64,000 bases of DNA. Origin: Candidatus Riflebacteria bacterium HGW-Riflebacteria-1. GTDB taxonomy: Bacteria; Muiribacteriota; Ozemobacteria; Ozemobacterales; Ozemobacteraceae. Location of the stretch: NCBI GenBank assembly GCA_002839445.1, contig PGYB01000007.1, positions 110,558 to 174,557 on the forward strand, given 5' to 3'. The notes under the pieces are model-generated. The model saw only the letters and a list, made by a program, of their open reading frames with translations. It was not told the origin of the DNA and made no database searches. Each line of letters starts with the position of its first letter. Within the stretch, counting starts at the first letter, position 1. Below, in pieces: positions 57,236 through 64,000 of the stretch. The position numbers and the translations under genes are program-made.

Positions 57236-59245
57236 TTAGAGTTTAAATTTACCGATGTCGAAATCATCGAGATCGAATGGGTCTTTGGCTGGTTTTTTCT
57301 GGCCGGCTTTGGGCTTTTCTTCGACCGGGCTGTCGAGATCAATAATATTGTCGATGTTGAACGGGTTGTCGTCTACTGGTGCTGCCGGTTTGACGGCACC
57401 CGGTTTTTTGCCGCCGGGCGCTGGCCTGGCTGGTGGCGGAGCCGGCTGGTCATCGCTCGGAAACACTTCTAATACGTCGAGGTCAAGATCAAGGCTGGCA
57501 AACGGGTCTTTGCCGCCTTCGCCAACGCTACCGCCGCCAAGACCGAGGTCAGAATCAGAAAACAGTGCGGCAAAAGGATCTTTGCTTTCTTTTCCAGCTG
57601 GTGCCTTTGTTCGCATGGGCGGAAGCGGGGTGTCGTCATCTTCTGCAAGACCAGAACCTTCATCTGCCGGTCTCATTGGCGGCAATGGCGTATCATCAAG
57701 TCCGGCAAAAGGATCAGGTTCAGCAACCGGTGCTGCCGGTTTTGCTGCTGGCCTGGGCCGTGCTGGCGGTGCAGCTGGCGCTTTTGGCTTCATTGGTGGC
57801 AGCAGGTCGGCAAATTCTTCAAGGATCGGATCGGGAGTGGCTGCCGCCGGTTTCATTGGCGGAAGAAGGTCTTCGATTTCTTCTGCAGAGGAGTCGGGCA
57901 TAGCGGGCCCATCTGGCGTGGTAAAATCATCGAGCGAGGACAGGTTGAGATCAGGAACCGTTTCGTCAACCTGAGATCCTGATCTTTTGCCGGTAAGGCT
58001 GAAGTCATCAGATTCATTCTGATCTGATGAAGAGTCGCTGTCAGACTGGCTTAAATTGTCAATCAACGAGCCAAAAAGATCGTCGGTAACATTATCAGAT
58101 TTCATGAAATCTGGTTTGGGCACAGCATGCGCTGCTGGTGCAGCCGGCTTTGTCGGAGGCTCGAGGCCGACATTCAGATTGAGATTGTCTAAATTGAAAT
58201 CATTGTTGGCATCAGGCTGTTTGTTAACTGGCGGTTGACTGACAACCGGCGCTGGTTTGCTGGCCGGAGCAACTGGCGGCTTCGCCGCTGGTGCGGGTGT
58301 AACTGGTTTGTGCGCTGCGGCGGCTGGTGCCGGTGCGTGTGGCTTGGCAGCTGGCGTCGGAGCATGAGCCGGCGCCGAAACGGGGGCTTGGGCTGGTACT
58401 GGTTTTGCAGCTGGTGCTGCGGGGGGGGGCGACATGGCGGGGTTGGCAGCTGGTGCAGCCGGAACTGCTGGTGCAACTGGCTTTGTCGGTGCCATGGGCG
58501 CTGTTGTGGCTGGATTAACCGGAGCAGGCGACACAGCCGGTCTGGCTGTGGCTGGTGACGAACCTGGTGCTACCGGGGGCGTTTTAATTGCTGGTGCCGC
58601 CGGACCCGCTGGAACTGCTGGTATGGCATCAGGTCTGGCTGGAGAAATAACTGGTGCTACAGGCTTTCCGGTTGCGGGTGCCTGGAAGGCAGGTTTAGCA
58701 TGTGTGGGCGGGGCAAAAGGTGCGGCGGGCATTGATACTGGCGTGGGTATGCTGCCTGGAGCCGGCGTGAAGGCAGGCTTTTTCTTTAAGATGGGTTTAA
58801 CTGGCATAGACGGCCGGCGCGGGCGTGCAGAACCCTTTGCCGATGCGGCCAGCGGTTTCCCGCAGCAGGGGCAGAATCTGATGACCATATCGCATTCGTC
58901 GCAGTAGAGGCCGTCGCCACTGGCTGCGCTGCCGCCAGCAGACGAATTCTGCGATACCGACGGCGATATTGATGATTCCCAGACGCCGCTGTCGTTTTTT
59001 GACCAGCCTGCGAGTTCAAAGACTACTTCCTTGACGCCAGTGATCTGCCTGAGACTGGATTCGATGAATTTCAGCTCTATCGCGGTTTCATCGGTGGTCT
59101 TTTCGCTGCCGACGAACGCAAGCTCACCTTGCAGGGTTACGGCCCCGGCCTTAACAGGAAACTTTATTTTGCTAAGATCGATTCGTCGACCAGCCAGCTC
59201 GCGTCTGACGGCAGCACCGATCCCAAGGTCAGTCGCTTCCCTCAA
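57236..59245 (-). CDS. BON-like domain + Cys4 zinc ribbon + long Pro/Ala-rich and acidic disordered region
   Basis: VKAGAVTLQGEL..ITGVKEV, CDEC..CPCC; GGAGG RBS before TTG. Confidence 0.65.
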   Translation of the reverse strand: MREATDLGIGAAVRRELAGRRIDLSKIKFPVKAGAVTLQGELAFVGSEKTTDETAIELKFIESSLRQITGVKEVVFELAGWSKNDSGVWESSISPSVSQNSSAGGSAASGDGLYCDECDMVIRFCPCCGKPLAASAKGSARPRRPSMPVKPILKKKPAFTPAPGSIPTPVSMPAAPFAPPTHAKPAFQAPATGKPVAPVISPARPDAIPAVPAGPAAPAIKTPPVAPGSSPATARPAVSPAPVNPATTAPMAPTKPVAPAVPAAPAANPAMSPPPAAPAAKPVPAQAPVSAPAHAPTPAAKPHAPAPAAAAHKPVTPAPAAKPPVAPASKPAPVVSQPPVNKQPDANNDFNLDNLNLNVGLEPPTKPAAPAAHAVPKPDFMKSDNVTDDLFGSLIDNLSQSDSDSSSDQNESDDFSLTGKRSGSQVDETVPDLNLSSLDDFTTPDGPAMPDSSAEEIEDLLPPMKPAAATPDPILEEFADLLPPMKPKAPAAPPARPRPAAKPAAPVAEPDPFAGLDDTPLPPMRPADEGSGLAEDDDTPLPPMRTKAPAGKESKDPFAALFSDSDLGLGGGSVGEGGKDPFASLDLDLDVLEVFPSDDQPAPPPARPAPGGKKPGAVKPAAPVDDNPFNIDNIIDLDSPVEEKPKAGQKKPAKDPFDLDDFDIGKFKL

Positions 59246-59384
59246 TTTTGGCCTCCAGTTCTCAAGTCAGTTGAAGATAAAGTCAATTGTGGCAAATCCC
59301 TGATCTGCACAATTCAATTTATAAATCGGCAAGCTGGCAGAGTTTCCTTAATCTTATCTGCAAAAGGTTTTATGCCTGCAGAAA

Positions 59385-60320
59385 TTATAGCGCAAATGCC
59401 GCCAGAAATTCAGCAACATTTGCAAAAATTGCCGCTCGTGCCGCAGGTTCGGCAAGATCGTATATCGGCGGCCCCGGGCGCCGGCGAAACCAGGTTTCCT
59501 GGCGCTTCGCATACTGCCGGGTATGAATTATCACCGCTTCGCACACTTCGGCAAGACTGATCTTTTCGTCAAAAAAATCAAACCATTCGCTGTAACCGAT
59601 CGAGTTGAGCCCGGGCGCCTGCCGCCCGTAGCGCTTGACAAGGCCGCGCACTTCGCTCTCAAGGCCGTCTTCTAGCATCTTCTCAACGCGACAGCTGATA
59701 TTGTCGTGAAGCAGCGCTCTTGGCCTGGTCACCACCACCGGCATAAAGGCAGCCTCCGGCAGCGGCGAAACTCTGATGTTCTCGGCCAGTGGTCGCCCTG
59801 TCGTCGTGACGATCTCGATCGCGCGCAAAACCCGCCGCGCATTATTCACATCAATCTGGCTGGAAGCAGCGGGGTCGAGAGTCTGCAACCGCTCCAGCAT
59901 GGCTGCCAGACCGATTTTCTCAAGTTCGTTGCGCAGCTGTTCAGCAAGTTTCTGGTCGTTTCCGGCTGGCCCGAGACCCTGCTCAAGCGTATCGTAGTAG
60001 AAGCCGGTGCCGCCAGCCAATAGCGGCACCCTGCCACGTTGCCAGATGTCGCGGATTTTTGTGGTAGCCATCTCTGCGTAATCGGCTGCGCTGAAACTGC
60101 GGTCAGGCAAAACAATGCTGAACAGGTGATGTGGCGCCCACCTCATTTCGTCTGCTGTCGGGTGCGCTGTGCCAATGCTCATTTCACGATAGATCTGGCG
60201 TGAATCGCAGTTTACAATTTCGCAGCCATGCCGTTCGGCCAGTTCCAGCGCCAGAGATGTCTTTCCGGAAGCGGTCGGGCCAAGAACTGCCAGAATCGGC
60301 TTTTTCTGCTGTTCGCTCAT
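59385..60320 (-). CDS. miaA: tRNA dimethylallyltransferase
   Basis: GPTASGKT, DSRQIY, GGTGFY, TRQYAKRQ.TW. Confidence 0.97.
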   Translation of the reverse strand: MSEQQKKPILAVLGPTASGKTSLALELAERHGCEIVNCDSRQIYREMSIGTAHPTADEMRWAPHHLFSIVLPDRSFSAADYAEMATTKIRDIWQRGRVPLLAGGTGFYYDTLEQGLGPAGNDQKLAEQLRNELEKIGLAAMLERLQTLDPAASSQIDVNNARRVLRAIEIVTTTGRPLAENIRVSPLPEAAFMPVVVTRPRALLHDNISCRVEKMLEDGLESEVRGLVKRYGRQAPGLNSIGYSEWFDFFDEKISLAEVCEAVIIHTRQYAKRQETWFRRRPGPPIYDLAEPAARAAIFANVAEFLAAFAL

Positions 60321-60322
60321 TT

Positions 60323-62188
60323 TCAGGTGCGCAGAAATCCGGTTTCAATCTGCCGGGTGGTCAGCCTGATCACGATAGGCCGGCCATGCGGGCAGGTAAA
60401 CGGGTTTTCGGTTTTGAGCAGCTGTTCAAGCAGGCTGTTCCACTCTGATTCGTCAAGCGGGTTGCCGGCTTTTACCGCAGCTTTACAGGCCATCATCTTG
60501 AGCAGGTCGGTTTTTATCTCGCGTATCGAACGGCTTTCCCAGCCGTTCAGGACCTGTGCCAGCACGTTCTGCAGGCTTTCTTCTTCGTTGCTGTGCTTCT
60601 CGGATACCGGGAAAGCAGTAGCGTAGTACTGTCCGTCTTCTTCCTGTTGAATTGAAAAACCGAGGCCCTTGAGCTCGTCAATGTGGTCTTTGATGACCAT
60701 ACGCTCAGAAGGCAGCAGCTTGAGCGGCACTGGAAAAAGAAGCGGCTGCGCGGTAATCGGGATATCACGGTAAGTGACGGTATACTGGTCGAACAATATT
60801 CGCTCGTGCGCCGCGTGCTGGTCGATGATAAACAGCCCTCTATCGTCTTCGCCGAGCAGGTAAGAATTTTTGAGCTGCGCCAGAATGTGCGGGCGTTCAA
60901 GCTTGGCGACCGGTTCAAATGCTGATGCTGCCTGCGCCGGGCGTGGCCCGAGCCGCTCGGCCTCGAAGTCTTTAATCTCGTAAAGACGCTCATCGCTGTT
61001 CGTTGAAATTCTGACTGGCTGCATGTCAGGTGGTGGCGTGAAAATAGACCCGCCTGCTGAAGTCACTGCTGATGAGGTTGTTGACGAAGCTTGCGCGTAA
61101 TCGTCTTTATCCTGGTAATCTGGTAGATCAGGAGTTGTAAATTCGCTTTTATCGCCTGTTGTGGCTGCTGCGGATACCATGCGCAAGCCTGAAAGGCTGG
61201 CTTGAACCGTTTCCCAGATCGTCGAAAAGACCCAGCGTTCGTCTTTGAATCTGATCTCGGTTTTTTGTGGATGCACGTTGACGTCGATCATTGCCGGTGG
61301 CACACGCAGATCAAGCACCATAACCGGGTAGCGTCCCCGCGGAAAAAACGCCGAAATCGCCTTGTTGATTGCCTGAGTAAGCAATTTGGTCTTTACCACC
61401 CGGCGATTAACCAGTGTCGTCATGTAACGTGCTGCGTTACGCGGCTGGTTCGGCGGTGAGATGAAACCGCGCAGTGACATGCCGCCCTGCGCGATGCTGG
61501 CCGGTTCTTTCAGCGCGATCAGGTCGCGGGTAACTTCGGGTCCGTAAACGGCGAGAATCGCGTCGCTGAGGTTGCCCGAGCCGTTGGTGGCGGCGACCAG
61601 AACGTTGCTGTTGGTGAATTTAAAGGCGATCTCAGGGTAACCCATCATGTAATGACAGACTATATCTGAGATCTGTGACATTTCGGCGGCAGTACTCTTG
61701 AGAAATTTGCGGCGTGCCGGCACGTTGTAAAAAAGATTCTTTATCTGAATGCGCGTGCCGCGCGGGAAAGAATCATTGTCAACACTGGCGACCCTTCCGC
61801 CGTCAATGGTTACGCGGGTTGCGGTCTCTTCGCTGTCATGGCGGGTGATCATCGAAACGCGTGCTACCGAAGCAATTGTTGGCAAGGCTTCTCCGCGAAA
61901 CCCCAGTGAAGCAATATGTTCTAATTCGGCATCATCAACGAGTTTGCTGGTGGCGTGCGGAGTAAAGGCGAGAACCGCGTCGTGATTGGTCATGCCTTCG
62001 CCATTGTCGGTGATCTCGATGAGTTTCTGTCCGCCATCTTTTATCTCGATTTCGATGCGACTGGCGTTGGCGTCAATTGAGTTTTCGATGAGTTCCTTGA
62101 CCACCGAAGCCGGTCGCTCGACGACTTCTCCGGCAGCGATACGGCAGATAATTTCTTCAGAAAGAATCTTGATTTTTCCGGTAGCCAT
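60323..62188 (-). CDS. mutL: DNA mismatch repair endonuclease MutL
   Basis: IAAGEVVERP, GFRGEAL, DQHAAHERI, CPHGRP. Confidence 0.98.
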   Translation of the reverse strand: MATGKIKILSEEIICRIAAGEVVERPASVVKELIENSIDANASRIEIEIKDGGQKLIEITDNGEGMTNHDAVLAFTPHATSKLVDDAELEHIASLGFRGEALPTIASVARVSMITRHDSEETATRVTIDGGRVASVDNDSFPRGTRIQIKNLFYNVPARRKFLKSTAAEMSQISDIVCHYMMGYPEIAFKFTNSNVLVAATNGSGNLSDAILAVYGPEVTRDLIALKEPASIAQGGMSLRGFISPPNQPRNAARYMTTLVNRRVVKTKLLTQAINKAISAFFPRGRYPVMVLDLRVPPAMIDVNVHPQKTEIRFKDERWVFSTIWETVQASLSGLRMVSAAATTGDKSEFTTPDLPDYQDKDDYAQASSTTSSAVTSAGGSIFTPPPDMQPVRISTNSDERLYEIKDFEAERLGPRPAQAASAFEPVAKLERPHILAQLKNSYLLGEDDRGLFIIDQHAAHERILFDQYTVTYRDIPITAQPLLFPVPLKLLPSERMVIKDHIDELKGLGFSIQQEEDGQYYATAFPVSEKHSNEEESLQNVLAQVLNGWESRSIREIKTDLLKMMACKAAVKAGNPLDESEWNSLLEQLLKTENPFTCPHGRPIVIRLTTRQIETGFLRT

Positions 62189-62196
62189 GTTGTCTC

Positions 62197-63207
62197 CTAA
62201 AAGTTGTAAGGGGCGCCCATTTCCCAGTTGGCCACGGCATTGACCAGCATGCTGTCTGCCGGTGCCAGGTGCGCGGTAAAGTAACCGTGCGCAGCGATCA
62301 TCGCAGCATTATCAGTGCACAGATGCAATGTTGGCAGCAGTAATTCAGCCTGGTATCTTTTTGCGAGTTTCTGCATGCTGTCACGCAAAACTGAGTTCGC
62401 AGCCACTCCGCCCGCCAGAATCAGTCGGCGCGCTCCCGTCTCTTTGAGTGCCAGGCCGACTTTTTCGACAAAAGTTTCGCTGACCGCGTATTGCAGGCTG
62501 GCGCAGAGATCAGGCAGGTCGAGATTGTCGCCTTCGTGGGCAACAATGCGCATTACTGCAGTTTTAAGGCCGCTGAAACTGAATGTGTAACCTTTGCCGG
62601 CCATCGGGCGCGGCAGCTGATAGCGTTTGTTGTTGCCGGTTTCACCGGTTTTCTGAACGATCGGGCCACCCGGATAACCGAGCTTGAGATGACGCGCTAC
62701 CTTGTCGAACAACTCTCCGGGAGCGTCATCGACGGTCTGGCCCAGCACGCGGTATTGACGTGGGCCTTCTGCCAGAACGAGATTGGCATGACCGCCTGAA
62801 ACGATCAGGCCAAGATACGGGTATTCTGGCGCGCGACCGGCCGCGAGAAACGAGGCGGTCAGATGTGCTTCGATGTGATTTACGGGAATCAGAGGCTTGC
62901 CGGTATACCAGGCCAGCGCTTTGGCTGTGCTCAAGCCGACCAGCAGTGGACCGAGCAATCCCGGGCCTGAAGTTACCGCAATCTGTCCGATTTCTTCGAG
63001 TTTAACGTCGGCAGCGTCAAGACATTCGCGCAGAAGCGGCAGTATTGCTTCGAGATGCTTTCTTGACGCGACTTCTGGCACGACGCCGCCAAAACGACGG
63101 TGAATCTCAATCTGTGATGAAACCAGGCTGCTGATGACCCTGGTGCCGTTTTCGACCAGGGCGATTGAGGTGTCGTCGCACGAAGATTCTATGCCGATAG
63201 TTATCAT
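62197..63207 (-). CDS. tsaD: tRNA N6-adenosine threonylcarbamoyltransferase
   Basis: IESSCDDT, GGVVPEVASRKH, HIEAH, TDNAAMIA. Confidence 0.97.
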   Translation of the reverse strand: MITIGIESSCDDTSIALVENGTRVISSLVSSQIEIHRRFGGVVPEVASRKHLEAILPLLRECLDAADVKLEEIGQIAVTSGPGLLGPLLVGLSTAKALAWYTGKPLIPVNHIEAHLTASFLAAGRAPEYPYLGLIVSGGHANLVLAEGPRQYRVLGQTVDDAPGELFDKVARHLKLGYPGGPIVQKTGETGNNKRYQLPRPMAGKGYTFSFSGLKTAVMRIVAHEGDNLDLPDLCASLQYAVSETFVEKVGLALKETGARRLILAGGVAANSVLRDSMQKLAKRYQAELLLPTLHLCTDNAAMIAAHGYFTAHLAPADSMLVNAVANWEMGAPYNF

Positions 63208-63839
63208 TTCTGTTCCTCAAGTTTGCGCTCGGCCTGCGATGGAATAACATACATGGGCAGCACGCCGAGAATGTCGTCAAAATTACTTGTCGCCACCCGG
63301 TTAAGCAGAAGGCTGTGCAGCGCTTCTGAAGATGGGTCGACCCGGCTCATGCCAGGCAGGTCGCATTTTATGCTCAACAATTGTGGCCCGCTTACTGAAT
63401 CGCGCTCGCAAAGGGTTGGCTGGTTGTAGTTAAGATCAGGGTCGCCGGCGTTTGCTGAAACGACGAAGGCTTTGTCAATAAGGGTTGGCAGAACCAGAGT
63501 TACCTCGCCGCTTACATTCTGCATCTGCAGAGTTTTTAGTGACCACCTGAACACATCAATGCCGGTTATCGGCTTGCCGCCTATTAACGCCAGAGTTCGG
63601 AAAAAGCCGGCGGCAACACGCAGTCCGGTCAGACTGCCCGGGCCGGTGCAGACAGCCAGCAGGTCGATATCTGCCAGGCTGCAGCCTGCTTCGGCAAGCA
63701 TGCAGTCACAGATTTCGCTTATGCGTGCGCCAATGTTGCGATCGGTGTCGAAGTTGCGCCAGAAAAATCGGTTGTCATCACCATACTGGCTGCCGGTAAG
63801 GTTTTCGGAGGCATCGATAAAGAGATAACGCATGGTCAC
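63204..63839 (-). CDS. tsaB: t6A biosynthesis protein TsaB
   Basis: GPGSLTGLRV motif; position between tsaE and tsaD. Confidence 0.85.
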   Translation of the reverse strand: MTMRYLFIDASENLTGSQYGDDNRFFWRNFDTDRNIGARISEICDCMLAEAGCSLADIDLLAVCTGPGSLTGLRVAAGFFRTLALIGGKPITGIDVFRWSLKTLQMQNVSGEVTLVLPTLIDKAFVVSANAGDPDLNYNQPTLCERDSVSGPQLLSIKCDLPGMSRVDPSSEALHSLLLNRVATSNFDDILGVLPMYVIPSQAERKLEEQK

Positions 63840-64000
63840 GGTTCCTTCCAGGTCCAGCTGATCAGGCGGTCGAGCTCTGATTCAGGGTCGGGCTGTTCGA
63901 TGCATACTTCGAGGTGCGGCAGCTTTTGCAGCTCAGCGACGCGTTCGGCCCATTCCACCAGACAGGGGTTGCCAGTTTGCAGAATTTCAAAAAGCCCGAT
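63836..64000 (-). CDS. tsaE: t6A biosynthesis ATPase TsaE, 3' fragment
   Basis: Manual translation IGLFEILQTGNPCLVEWAER...WKEP*; stop overlaps the tsaB GTG. Confidence 0.75.
   Translation of the reverse strand: MGLFEILQTGNPCLVEWAERVAELQKLPHLEVCIEQPDPESELDRLISWTWKEP

Noticed and set aside
58421..58429. G9 homopolymer as a phase-variation switch
   Set aside because: It encodes Pro codons in a Pro-rich region and the frame is intact; there is no evidence of slippage without reads

Overview
A gene-dense chromosomal window from a Gram-negative, probably anaerobic bacterium: it has LPS heptose genes, an AsmA-like protein and the siroheme-dependent heme pathway. The gene style would fit a deep-branching lineage such as Ca. 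Riflebacteria, but that is an unverified guess. Housekeeping blocks are tig-clpP-clpX, cinA-thpR, prmA, hemB-ahbD-ahbA-ahbB-hemL, tsaE-tsaB-tsaD-mutL-miaA and 7 tRNA genes. They alternate with many lineage-specific secreted and TPR proteins. I found no integrase, transposase, prophage or CRISPR array. Most notable: (1) a candidate nucleotide-signalling module of pseudo-enzymes, with a 5'-nucleotidase lacking its metal ligands, a GAF/HD-GYP phosphodiesterase and a translationally coupled HAMP/degenerate class III cyclase/HEAT membrane sensor; (2) a ~250-nt structured 5' leader with a 3-way junction, an overlapping terminator and repeated UACCCGA motifs, upstream of one of two paralogous secreted glycine-zipper proteins; (3) a large tubulin/FtsZ-like gene missed by the ORF track because it runs off the left edge; (4) a minor-pilin operon ending in a non-PilY1 large protein; (5) several families of dispersed intergenic repeats. 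All calls come from reading motifs by eye; no searches were run.
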